In this document: positions 28,200 through 41,251 of the stretch, one piece after another
Numbering within the stretch: position 1 is the stretch's first letter
Layout of the letters: each line of letters starts with the position of its first letter
Assembly: GCA_951406725.2 (NCBI GenBank)
Contig: OX597816.1
Coordinates: forward strand, 79,856,001 to 79,920,000
Reading direction: 5' to 3'
Length of the DNA: 64,000 nucleotides
From: Octopus vulgaris
Taxonomy: Eukaryota
Notes under the pieces: model-generated
The model's input: the letters and a program-made list of their open reading frames with translations, nothing else
Told to the model about the DNA's origin: nothing
Databases searched by the model: none
Translations under genes and position numbers: made by a program

Positions 28200-29270
28200 G
28201 GAAGAAAGTTTTCATGTAAGCACTTTTTCCTGTGTTTAGCTTTTCAAATACATGTGCTATGAGGTAATCCACATAGAAATAATTGTTTTTAGTAGTGGCT
28301 TTCACTATCACCAATTTAGTTTCGGGTTAGAGTTGTTCCTTAGTATACTTCTTTTGGCTTTCGTATTTGATCATTTTCTGTCTAATTTGAATAAAGGGGA
28401 TACTTTATATATTCCCATTCGCACAAACGTTTGAATGTTCACTACATGGAACATTTCTAACAAATAGATCATTGATGTGCTGTTTATGCATCTTAACTGG
28501 TTCCATTAGTTTTGTTCATTTTTGTCCGATGCACTGTCGACAATATTTTGAAATTCATATTTGCATTAACAATAAATTGCTTTTTTTAAAGTTATTCAAT
28601 CAACTCACAAAGATTTGGCTGTTGTATTTAGCTGTAGATAATTTGTGACTCTTTAATTATTTTTCTAAGATTTAATGAAGGTATTATTTGGCCGAGTGTA
28701 CGATGTGATTTCTAAGATTGTAGGTGGCTACAGACGGAATATTTCTACTCGGGTCTTTCTCCTCCTTGTGAAAATTTCTCCGTAAGTCAGGGATTTTTGG
28801 CCTTGTTTATGGCATTATTTGCTAAGTGTTTTTCGGATATATTTCACGAGAGGAATATTTTCTGCTCTACTCGTGTCTATAACTATTATACATATACGCC
28901 AGCTACATTAAATGGGATATTTCTTAATATGAGATTGATGGTAAGATCTAAGGTCTGAGTAAGTCTGTGTCCATGCTGTGGAAGTTGCACTTTCCTTAAT
29001 TATCAAAATTTCCTGTAAAGGAAGTTCTCTTTTATTCATTTCTATTGCGAATTAGACCATTCCATTAATGCTATTGATTAACTTATGGAGTCCTGTCTGA
29101 TCTTCCTTGTTTCTGTTCCAAATTATGAAAGTCATCCAGGAACTTTTTACAGCTTTCTTTGAAATAACATTGGAAATACCGTATAGTGCATAGAATTTTC
29201 TTCCTAGTGTTGCAAACGTGGGTGCGACTTTTGTGCCCATTGCCAACCATTTTATTTGATAGTAATATTA
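28200..29270 (-). pseudogene. Penelope-like element RT fragment, decayed
   Basis: ORF 29052..29246 AMGTKVAPTFA (PLE RT GxAMG motif) and frameshifted downstream similarity to 54380-55300. Confidence 0.65.
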
Positions 29271-29329
29271 GATATAAATCATCCTATTACAAATTTTAAA
29301 AAAAGGTCATCCCATAATGCAGGAATAAT

Positions 29330-30300
29330 TTACCGAACGAATGAATAGAAAGATACGACAAAACTAATTAGATCTTTCGAGAAGATGTGCAAAGGGATGA
29401 AACGAAATCAATTTAAATATTGGAATCGAATAATATGTGATCAAAAGAGTATAAAAGCAATTACGGAATGGGATTAGTGAAAGCTACAAAGAAAACAAAA
29501 ATAAACTCGTTAAAATAAACATTGATAACAACAGAGGGTACCATAACTCCTTTCGTAATAATTTACAAGTCAAACCAAGGAATAATCAAAGGGTGACAAC
29601 CCATAACCCGTCATATGCAGATGTAACTAAAAGGGACAGAAATTCAATTACCCATACTAAAACAAAGTCAACTACCAAGAAACGCTCGCAAATAATAACA
29701 ATGGACGAATAGATCGCAATAGACTGTCAAATCAAATAATGTGGTATTAGTCTATTAAAAACTAGCCAACAAACCAAAGAAGTTGGTATCATGATAATAC
29801 TAGATATAACAGCTGGGACCCCCTCTAAAAACAGAATTTAAAAACAGGGTACAAATGATTCAAAAAGAAAAAGCTTCATTAGGCAAGCAGGTATTCCAAA
29901 CAAAAACGCAACAGACACTTAAGCTACAAAGATTCAAGGAAACACTGAACTAGTTAATCCAAATGATAAATTTATCACAACGAAATCTCATGAAAAATTA
30001 TATAAAACTTTTATGATATGGATTAAATACGCAATAATTCCAAAACTTGACGCAACAGATCTTTTAAAGATACAGAGGTATTTTGCAGAAAACTTGGTCA
30101 ACAGGGATTCAAAAGATACAAAAGAGTGGCTATGAATACTCACCTCACTTCTAAAATACAAAGAAGCATTTAAATCTCGAATAAACACTGTAATGCCATC
30201 GAATGAGAAAACCAACCCTATACACTTTGAAGAACAGTTCGCACTCCAACGATTACAGACAAGTAAAAATAACATTACTCTCAGAGTGATTTGAACGCGC
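29330..30300 (+). pseudogene. Possible PLE ORF N-terminal fragment, divergent from the adjacent RT fragment
   Basis: Near 30020-30100, across frameshifts: KYAIIPKLDATDL / KDTEVFCRKL, resembling the Neptune-type pre-RT block. Confidence 0.35.
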
Positions 30301-32053
30301 AACGTAATGGTGCTTAACTATACACTAAATTTCATCTTATCTGAAGTTCTGATACTACCATTGCACCTGTATGCTGTAGCTATAAATTTTATATATGCAC
30401 GCACATGCGTATATAGCAGTAAACTGTATAACACAAAATATATCGTACTTAGTATTCTATCGGAGATGTTTGATGTCGTCTATGTTGTCATTCTCCAGTG
30501 ATTGCCTGATATCATTGCAATGTAAAAATTCAGTTTGTCTATTTTCTAAGCATATCACATTAAACAAATTCATAAAATATAGAGTAAGTAAAAGTTTATC
30601 ATCAATATAACGAATTTTGTTAGTACTGATAACACCAAACTTCAAAAATTTGATTAAAATTTTTTTTTTTTTGAGAGGTTATTCGAAAGCTGTTCTGCGT
30701 GCCAAATTCAAAAATAATTTCCGTTTGTTTTGCCACCCCAAATTTTAAAGATAATAAAACAATGTTTCGGTTTTTTTTTTTGTTTTGTTTCATTTTTGTA
30801 AATAACTTCTTAGAGCACTTAACCTATTAAATGACATGTACAAAAAGCTTTTTAATATACATTTTGTGAACTGAAACATTATGTATAACAGCCTTGAATA
30901 ATGTAATTTGTGTTGATATTTCTCAGGCATTTTCTGATATAAATCATAAATTCATTTTATGGATTTAATAAAGCCTTCTAGAGCCTGCATTAATAACCCA
31001 GACATACTTGCAATGTATGTTGTGCATTTGTTGATAAGGAATAAAGATGATATAATTGTTTTTTCGCATTTGGTATACCCGTCAGTTTTACTTGTGATAC
31101 TTGTGATTTTCGACTCATTACTTATAGGGTTTCATTTTAAAGGCAATAGCTTAAAAGAATTCCATTCTGTCTTGTTTTGTTTATAAGTGAAATTGTTACA
31201 TTAGACTGAGATGAGTTATTGCTTTTGCTACTTTTGCTGGTGCAGCTGCTGTTGATATTGCCCAGACCACATTCAATTCTGCTTGAGCAAATATTTAGAT
31301 GATTACTTCTCTAACTTAGAAGACTATACAGATTGCAGGCGATAGTGAGAATGAGTACTCAACACTGCATTGCTGGATAAATATTCTTTATTTGAGGGTT
31401 AACAAGGCTACTATTGGTTTCATACTCAGAGATTTCTCAGCAATTCTGCCACATGGGACGTTTGAACTCGTCTTCGACTTGCATGAGAATACACGAAGCT
31501 ACACAAGACTGTGCAGGATTTTGGGGAAAAACAAATTCATATGAAGCAAATAATTTTATGAAAAGAACATTTATTATCAGCGACAGAAACTTTGTATCCC
31601 GGCCATTCATTTCCTTAACGAAAGAGAGAAGGCCTTTAATTTATCACTTTTTCGATAACAAAATAGTCTCACTTGTGTTGGTTGCTTAACATTGCAGGTC
31701 AAGTAACAATTCAAGAGCTATTTAAAAAAAAACATCTAAAAGAATTGTCTACATTCAACAAGAACATGATAACGTTAAGGCATTATAATATAGGTGTGGC
31801 TTATCACTGAGCATGTCCAACTTCTCATGATTTACAACGAGACTCATCTACCATCCAATTATATAATACATTCCTTAATACAGACTTGCTATGCCCCAAC
31901 ATAATAACACACCAGTTCTTTTGCTGAGTCAGGCAATCAATACATTTCTGTAAAACCTGTAAAACACACGAATTTATGTGTTTATATGCATATATGAATA
32001 TGTATACTTACGAGAGTCTATATGAATATAAATAAATAAATATGCATATGTAT

Positions 32054-32092
<39 letters not shown>

Positions 32093-32243
32093 CACATATA
32101 TATATATATATGTATATATATGTATGTATATATGTATGTATATATATGCATGTATGTATACAGCATTTAAATGTCTCCTTCCTAAACTTTAATTTTTTAA
32201 ATCTTAAATCTAACATATATATATATATAAGAGTATATGCATG

Positions 32244-32375
<132 letters not shown>

Positions 32376-32760
32376 CGTGCATGCATATCTATTAATCAAT
32401 CAATCAATATAGATAGATAGATAGATAGATAGATAATGTATTTCTTTAATCTTTTATTTGTCTAAGTTAAGTGTGTGGACCGCAAGAGGGACAAAGTTGA
32501 AAAATAAAACTCATTTTGTCACATTCCATGAAAGTGTCTTTCCAGCCGACTTTCGTCTATCTACATAGATATGCATATATGTCTATATATGTATGCTTGT
32601 ATGTATATATGTATGTATGTACGTATGTATGTATGCATGTGTGTGTGCGTGTGCGTGTGCGTGCGTGTGTGTGTGTGTAAACCGTCTAAGAGACCATAAG
32701 TCAGGAAAAAATGTATATCTGTCAGTAGAGTGGTTCAATTAATATGTATATATTTAAATA

Positions 32761-32811
<51 letters not shown>

Positions 32812-32814
32812 TTA

Positions 32815-33545
32815 TATAAATTAACAATTGAGGATAAAATCTTTAAAAGAAATTATCAGTAGTCAGCGTGAAAAACCTCGTAAGAGAAAAAAAAATATCC
32901 GTAAATTCTTCCTCTTTGAAAATATTCATTTATATTATATTGAGGGTACTACTATTCGTAGATACCAACACGCTAAGAGGGACCAATGCGGTCAAAACTA
33001 CTAAAAATAAACAAAATTTTACCGAATGCAAAACTTCAAAACACATCATTTTAAAAAAGAATTCAGTTACATATCACATGTGATTTCGCATTTAATGCAG
33101 AATATGCATTTCATGTTCGTCAGTGCAACAAACTCAAGAAATATAAGAAAAAACATAACATTACAAACTCGATAGCCAACCGTAGAATTCGTCGTAGCTT
33201 GTACGAATGTTTATCCTTACATATCTATGAAAATGGCGGGCTTTTTCATAGATATGTAAGGATAAACATTCGTACAAGCTACGACGAATTCTACGGTTGG
33301 CTATCGAGTTTGTAATGTTATGTTTTTTCTTATATTTCTTGAGTTTGTTGCACTGACGAACATGAAATGCATATTCTGCATTAAATGCGAAATCACATGT
33401 GATATGTAACTGAATTCTTTTTTAAAATGATGTGTTTTGAAGTTTTGCATTCGGTAAAATTTTGTTTATTTTTAGTAGTTTTGACCGCATTGGTCCCTCT
33501 TAGCGTGTTGGTATCTACGAATAGTAGTACCCTCAATATAATATA
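32815..33545 (-). mobile_element. Fold-back element: 303-bp inverted arms, 9-nt loop, about 115 nt tail into (TA)n
   Basis: 32931-33233 is the reverse complement of 33243-33545, with no mismatch noticed. The tail on minus ends ATTTTATCCTCAATTGTTAA. Confidence 0.9.
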
Positions 33546-34289
33546 CATTTATATATGCAGACACACAGACACACAGATACACGCACGCACACATACACAC
33601 ATATTTACATATGTGCGCGCGTGTGTTATAATGTCTGGAAATAATTTTAGCGCATATGTTATAGAAATATATAGCATCAGCATACTTGTATATCATAGTT
33701 GTCGTTCTATTTCTTATTGTAGGTGGTCTGTGCAAGCTTTTTAACGAGTGCATCTTTCCCGCTCCCGTCCATCTTTCAAATTATTTGATGGATGGGTGGC
33801 GGAGCTTTTCCTTCTCCACCTTTATTTTCTTTCCCAAGTGGAAATTGAAAAATTGATGAAGGCATGTCTAAGAGGAAAGTGTAGGTCTTTCTGTCTCATT
33901 TACTACACACTCATTCACTCTAAGTGTCAGATAAGGAATACTGCACGCACTTCTTAGCCAAAAAACAAAGCGCCGAGGAAATTTTCACGATGAACTCATC
34001 TGATAAACTGATTCGTCCAACCTGGGACAACAATTGTTCGATAAAATTTCACAAATCGGCAATAATCAGATATTAAATGTGCGCATACAGAACGTTTTTG
34101 TCGCTCTCGTGAAGTACATATTTTATCACTTTTTTTCCGTTATTGGACTGAAGCCTCGTACTTATTGTTTAGTCATTTACTGAGCCGCTAGTTTATGAAG
34201 CCGTAAACAAGCAAATACCTGTTGTAAAGCGATGGTAGGGTACAAGCACAATGACACGCACACATACAAACGTGCGTGTGTGTGTGTGT

Positions 34290-34339
<50 letters not shown>

Positions 34340-34664
34340 CACCATTTTCGAAATCAGTCGATGTTTCCTATGGAGTTCTATATAAGTCTGACAAGGTGAC
34401 GTAGGTTCTTTAACCCTCGGCAACGGAGTGTTGGATCACTGATGAAGATTGATAAAATCTCGCTTGTTGTAAGGAGGGAGCCTGTCTCCTTTGTCAGCCG
34501 TTAGAAAAGTTATCTCACGTGGCTAAGAGTTGTTCTGACTCTTATTTCTAGCAATGCTGGTGCTCACCACAACTCTCTTTCACTTTAGTGATGACTGTAT
34601 TTGTTGCCTATTGGTTCTAAATTGCGAATGGCCACCTTAATAATTTATAGCTCTCTTTTACACC

Positions 34665-35062
34665 CTTTTACTTGTTTCAGTCATTTGACTGCGGCCATGC
34701 TAGAGCACCACCTTTAGTCGAGCAAATCGACCCCAGGACTTATTCTTTGTAAGCCTAGTACTTATTCTATCGGTCTCTTTTGCCGAACCGCTAGGCTACG
34801 GGGACGTAAACACACCAGCATCGGTTGTCAAGCGATGTTGGGGGGACAAACACAGATACACAAACACACACACACACACACACACATACATATATACGAC
34901 ATGCTTCTTTCAGTTTCTGTCTACCAAATCCACTCACAAGGCTTTGGTTGGTTCGAGGCTATAGTAGAAGATACTTGCTCAAGGTGCCACGCAGCGGTAA
35001 TGAACCCGGAACCATCCATGTGGTTGGTAAGCAAGCGACTTACTACACAGCCACTCCTGCGT
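34665..35062 (-). mobile_element. SINE family A, full length
   Basis: Complete head-to-tail match to 35619-36003 in the opposite orientation. Confidence 0.85.
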
Positions 35063-35362
35063 ATGTATATATATATTAATAATAAAAGGTACTATAAGCA
35101 GTACTAGCATGCCAAGTCGGGGGAACAGGCAAAATCACTAAGATCCCGTAACAATGACCAAAAAATCGAAAATTGAAAAGTTAGATACACCTGCATCACA
35201 GTGATTCCAAACTTTGAAAAAATATCACTTAGTATCTCCTCAGCAAGTCTCACTGACCCAAGGTCATAGAGCTTGCCTATCTCATCCAACTTATGCGATG
35301 GCCGTTGTTAATGCCGCAGTGTATAATGCCGAAGAGTATTAAAAATTATATAAATATATATT

Positions 35363-35580
35363 CTTTTCTATTCTTGGTACAAGGCTCAAAATGTTGGAGA
35401 GGGGATGGGGTCAGTCGATGAGATCGACCCCAGTACGCAACTGTTACTTAATTTATCGACCCCAAAAGGATGAAAGGCAAAGTCGTCCTCGGTGGAATTT
35501 GAACTCAGAACGTAAAGACAGATGAAATAACACTAAACATTTCGCACAACGTGCTAACGTTTCTGCCAGCTCGCCGCCTT
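35363..35580 (-). mobile_element. SINE family C (Nin-domain-like)
   Basis: Minus strand: aaggcggcgagctggcagaaacgttagc...gagttcaaattcc...cctttcatccttttggggtcgataaattaag. Confidence 0.75.
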
Positions 35581-35618
35581 TATATAAATATATATTAGGA
35601 TATTATTGTTTAGAATAT

Positions 35619-36003
35619 AGGCGCAGGAGTGGTTCTGTGGTACGCAGCTTGCTAACAAACCACATGGTTCGGGTTCAGTCTCACTGCGTGGCACCTTGGG
35701 CAAGTGTTTTCTACTATAACTACGGGCTGACCTAAGCCTTGTGAGTGGATTTGGTTGACGGAAACTGAAAGAAGCCCGTCGTATATATGTATATATGTGT
35801 GTGTCTCTGTTTGTCCCTGCATCATCACTTGACAATCGATGTTGGTGTGTTTATGCCCTCTCCCCGTAACTTAGCGGTTCGACAAAAGAGACCGATAGAA
35901 TAAGTACTTGGCTTACAAAGAATAAGTCCAGGGTCGATTAGTTCGACTAAAGGCGGTGCTCCAGCATGGCCGCCGTCAAAACAATTGACACAAGTAAAAG
36001 AAT
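35619..36003 (+). mobile_element. SINE family A, full length
   Basis: tRNA-like head aggcgcaggagtggttctgtggta...gggttcagtc, core gtggcaccttgggcaagtg, tail aagtaaaagaat. Confidence 0.85.
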
Positions 36004-36075
36004 AATAATATCAGTTGCTTAGCATACATAAAAGAAAACCCATAAAGGTTAAAATTATTAATTAATAATGAAGAC

Positions 36076-36482
36076 TACTACAGGTAGTACCAGCATGCTA
36101 AAATAGCAGTGAAAACGACTCGAAACCACAGGTTTTCACTTTTACATAAAGATGAAGTTGGGGAACGAGCAAAATCACTAACACCCCATACCATTGATCC
36201 TCCCCCCCCCCCCCAAAAAAAAAGAAAGAAAATTGAAAAGTTAGACATACCTGCATCGCAGTACCTGTATCGTTGAAGAGATACTGAGAGATATTTTTAC
36301 AAAGTTCGAAATCAGTGATACAGGTATGTCTAACTTTTCAATTTTCGACTCTTTTTCGTCATTGGTATGGGGTCTTAGTGATTTTGCCCATTCCCTCGAC
36401 CTCATCTTTATGTAAAAGTTAAAACCTGTGGTTTTGAGTCGTTTTCGATTGCTATTTTAGCATGCAGGTACTACCTGTAGTA
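36076..36482. repeat. Diverged fold-back element (arms about 165-180 bp)
   Basis: tactacaggtagtacc...ttagacatacctg versus caggtatgtctaa...ggtactacctgtagta; a related single copy lies at about 35085-35300. Confidence 0.8.
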
Positions 36483-36488
36483 AAATTA

Positions 36489-37030
36489 TTAGTTAAAATG
36501 CTTATTTTTGACCTCAGCCCCACTATATATTGTATCCAAATCTCGCTGCAAGAGCACAATATTTCCAGTGTTGTGTATCCTCTTAGAGATTTTTGTATCG
36601 TCTGCATAGTTAGAAAGGATGACAACTGAAGGTATGTCTAAGAAGGTCGCTATGAACAGCAGTAGCCCTAAGACAGTGCTCTGTGGAACACCACTTATTA
36701 TCTCCTTAGCGGTAGCTTCGCTAGCCACCACTGCTTGACTTCTATCTTTTAAAATGTCATGCAGCCACTCTTCAAGTTTTCAGACTATGTTGAGATAACG
36801 CAGATCGGGGCATATCATCCCATGGTGAACTTTGTCCAAGGCCTTTGTTAAGTCAAAGTTGAAAACCATGCTGGGCGTCAGTTAACAAGTTATTCTCGCC
36901 AAAGAACGCAAATCGTTTCTTTCGGTCTATTCTTTCCATGACTTTACCGATGTGTGATGTCAGAGAGATATAGGTCAATAGTTTTTTAACATCTGCTCTG
37001 CTTCCTTCTTTATAGGTCCGGCATATCATT
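36489..37030 (-). pseudogene. CR1/jockey-group LINE reverse transcriptase fragment
   Basis: ISLTSHIGKVMERI..LLTDAQHGF; SGVPQSTVLGLLLF..YADDTKI..LQRDLD. Confidence 0.85.
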
Positions 37031-37567
37031 CCATTCTTCAATTTATATATATATATCTTTACACACACACGACTGGCTCCCACACAGTTTCCATCAATTA
37101 ATTCACTCTGGCGACCCGCACTTATAGTAGAAATCACTAGCCCGAGGTGCTGCGTATTGGAGCCACAAGGCTGCAAAGGTGAGTTCTTAACCACACGGCT
37201 ATATCTGAGCTTATTTTAGTTATTTCCCTTATAATACCTTTTAGCTAATCAACAATTTTATTAGTTTGAAATTTATAAAAAATACTTAACCGATTTCTAC
37301 CCAATTTCTGCTGTTTTCTCTCTACGTTTGTTACTTCTTTCATTTTCTTTCTATCTATTTGCACTTTGTTCTTATTCATATTCGCTCATTGCCTCGTCTT
37401 TGCCTTCTCCTATACGTCATTATACTTTTTCTTTCTGTATGTTTATCATGTTCATTTTTTGTTTGTTTTACTTTTAGATGATAAATATATTGACATTGAA
37501 TAGAATTTTTTCAATATTTCTGAAGTTTTAAAGCAAACAGAACGCTCTGAAAACTAATGATATTGTG

Positions 37568-37649
<82 letters not shown>

Positions 37650-37651
37650 GA

Positions 37652-37744
<93 letters not shown>

Positions 37745-37786
37745 GTCTGTCTCTCTTTCTCTCTGCGTAAATATACATACACACAG

Positions 37787-37838
<52 letters not shown>

Positions 37839-37853
37839 TATATATTTTTGTAC

Positions 37854-37891
<38 letters not shown>

Positions 37892-38070
37892 GCATATATA
37901 CATACATGCACAAATAATTACCTATATACTTCATAAATGCATCCAGACGCACATAAATACGTATAGGCGTGTATACATGGACACACAAGCACACGCATAC
38001 ACACCTGAATAGGCATACACAGTACATATGCACTTATGTATGTATGTATGTATTTATGTATGTATGTAAG

Positions 38071-38103
<33 letters not shown>

Positions 38104-38655
38104 GTGCATGCATGTATGTACGTGTGTGTATCTACGCATGTACAAAAAAGGTTTGTATGTAACTAAAAGCCGGGTGGTGTACAAACTGATATTGTGATAA
38201 AACAATACGAGATGTAAGGAAAACAAGTTCTAACAGCTATAAATCTAGAGTTGGGCGATATTAATCAATAGGAAACGGTGTTCGCTATATAATTGTTTAA
38301 TGAATATGTCGATATGATTGTTAGGGGATCGATAATGCTTGTAATATCAATGTCTGATTAACTCATGTCTTAATACACAGTCACACACACACATTTTTGT
38401 ATATGTAGGGTTTTGCGCATATGTATATATGCATATGTGTATGGATAAAGATACATATCTACGCGTGCACGCGCGTGTGTGTGTTTGTGTATACGTGCGT
38501 GTGTTTATGAATGTAAGCGAGTGACCGTGTGTACAGGTGTATATGCATATGTGCATGCGTTTTTTAAATAACGTATGCGTTCATGCACATAAACACAATC
38601 ACACACACTTCCATACACACGCTCTCCCCACACACACATGCCACACATACACACA

Positions 38656-38711
<56 letters not shown>

Positions 38712-38801
38712 ACTCAAACACACCAGCGAGTACGTTTGGCAAGCGTCAATAGCAAGGAACCTTTAAGTGTGAGAAAAATAGCCTGGTTTACCAAAACAAA
38801 T

Positions 38802-38854
<53 letters not shown>

Positions 38855-38904
38855 GTGTGTGTGTGTGTGTGTGCGTGTGTATATATATATATATATATAT
38901 ATGT

Positions 38905-39129
38905 ATATTCTTTCCTTGGTTTTAGTGATTCGACTGCGGCCATGCTGGGACATCACCTTGAAAGCTTATAGTCGAGCAAATTGACCCCATTGTTTTTTTT
39001 TAAAGTCTGGTTCTTATTTGGTCGGTCCTTTTTGTTGAACCTCTAGCTTACGGTCCCTAAACAATCCAAACCTGGTTGTCAAGCGGAAAGGGAAACTGAC
39101 ATAAACACAAAAACACACTCGCACACACG

Positions 39130-39197
<68 letters not shown>

Positions 39198-39370
39198 TAC
39201 TCTGGCGCACACGCATATACACATATATTTTACGAAGGGCTTTTTTCAGTTTCCAGCTATTAAATCCATTGACACGACATTGGTCGGCCCAAGTCTACAT
39301 AGTAAAAGACACTATAGTAGAAAACACTTGCTCAAGATGCCACGCAGTGGAATTGTACCTGAAACCATGT
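38905..39370 (-). mobile_element. SINE family A, diverged
   Basis: cgactgcggccatgctgg...cacttgctcaagatgccacgcagtgg. Confidence 0.7.
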
Positions 39371-39399
39371 GCAGCAGCCCCCATATATATGATGATTGC

Positions 39400-39560
39400 T
39401 TCATCTTCACAGCTAATTGTCATGTCTTTTGCTTTCTGGTTGCCAAGTGCATTTGTGACTTTACATCCATGACTTCTCAAATGACTGTTCAGTCCAGTTG
39501 CAAATCTGCATGGTTTGACGCACAGATGACAGACGTAACTTACAGTGAGTTTCCAAATGG
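39400..39560 (-). pseudogene. LINE (RTE-like) ORF C-terminal zinc-finger remnant
   Basis: ORF 39295..39633: YVCHLCVKPCRFATGLNSHLRSH. Confidence 0.45.
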
Positions 39561-40120
39561 CTACATCTTCACTGGTCACTACTTCTAGCAGTAGATGGAA
39601 TGACAAATCAATTAGGTCACCATAAAGAGACATTCGTATGTCATTGGATTATAGTGATAAATGCTTGTACAACACGAGTACCACTCTCTGAGACTCTGTG
39701 ATCACTAATACCCTGTGACAGACCGAAGCGAGATAACTAGAAATCATGTGAAACTGCGGGTTTTATATGATCGAGTCCCTCACCTAGAAGGATGTTGTAA
39801 CAACAGCAAATGGTCTCTCATTCCCAGTATTTTTACTATGCACACTGACACCTACCAAGTGTATTTTTGCGTCCCCGCACTCAGAAAGAGTGTCCACACT
39901 TGTGTTAGTTAGCCCATAGTTGGGACCCTGACAGATGCTCCTACTCGAGTCAGTGTAGATCTGGGAACAATAGTGGCTGCGAGGTGGTTCCGCACTCCTC
40001 AAAACCTTGAAATTCCCGAAACAAGAGCCCCATTACCGGATGTAATTTAAAGTCATACCCTTACATATGTATGCATATGTATACATACATACATACATAC
40101 ATACATACATACATACATAA

Positions 40121-41086
40121 ACCCCAAATTCTATATATTCCCTTTCTACCAATGTAAAGACGGGATCACCACACAGGAGAGAATTAACAAGGAGAATCTC
40201 TTTATTGAAAAATTCCAAACACAACTTAATATGCAAACTCCTCGTTGATCAAACTTCCTTTTTCTACCTCATTCTTCATGGATGGACTAACACAAATATA
40301 TAAGGATACCATGCATTCATCACTTCAAGCTAAAACTTATATTCTTTAAATATCATTTTTACTATTGTTGTTATTACTATCATTTTTATTATATATGATA
40401 TAACAATCTGAAATGTAATTATAAATTGGTCTATGCAAATTTATATAATTAGAAAATAATATAAATAAAGTGTTAAAATCTGAAAGTTATGTTAACAAAC
40501 AATTATATAAAAAAGATAATGCAAATGAAGCTAAAATGATAATTTTATAATTTGGGGTTGATTAGCAGCCTTTATTGCAGGGGAGTTTGAGAAACGCAAA
40601 TTGAAGAACTCAAAAGAGTTGTCTCCCCTTATTCACAAAACAGGAACTGAAGAACCACAATTACTACTACTTCCTGTTTTGCCAACATCCTTAATTAAAC
40701 CAAACAACACATGGTCTTAATCCCATTGGATCCTAATACCTCAAGGTAATTTTTTCGTGAACAATCATTAAACTCAAGATACACAACGAACTCACAATGT
40801 ATCGGAGTACTTATTTTTTAATTTTTGTACATATTTATTATTATTCTTTTGCAAAAAACAATGCAACTTTCTTTTTTCCCCTTTCTCATTTTTAAAAAAC
40901 TTTTTTACCTAACTATTCTTGATAAGTCACATCATGACGAAAACCGGTTTGAATAAATATATATTTATATATTTTATCAATTTCTCATTTCATTAAAATT
41001 TTCTTTCAATTTAGCATTCTGCATTTTTACAATTTTTCCTTGCTTATCATTTCTCCACGTGCGGTCAACACAACCCTACCATTTAT

Positions 41087-41088
<2 letters not shown>
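40121..41088 (+). mobile_element. PLE 3' end (GIY-YIG C-terminus and 3' region with a hammerhead) between (TACA)n and (TA)n
   Basis: Translation from 40123: PKFYIFPFYQCKDGITTQERINKENLFIEKFQTQLN; hammerhead at 40914-40955. Confidence 0.6.
40914..40955 (+). ncRNA. Minimal type I hammerhead ribozyme, U3:A8 variant
   Basis: TATTC-TTGATAA-GTCA.catca.TGAC-GAA-AACCGGTT-T-GAATA; all three stems pair. Confidence 0.7.
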
Positions 41089-41150
<62 letters not shown>

Positions 41151-41214
41151 GTGTGTGTGTGTGTGCGTGTGTGTATGTATGTATATATATATATGTGTGT
41201 GTGTGCGTGTGTGT

Positions 41215-41251
<37 letters not shown>

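Noticed and set aside
34380-34465. CTGATGA followed by hairpin AGATT/AATCT
   Set aside because: No GAAA strand in canonical or permuted position (GGCAAC at best); too degenerate to call a hammerhead.
35104-35289. EEILSDIFSKFGI resembling the MnmE/GTPBP3 C-terminus
   Set aside because: It lacks the conserved FCIGK and belongs to a repeat also present at 36270-36480.
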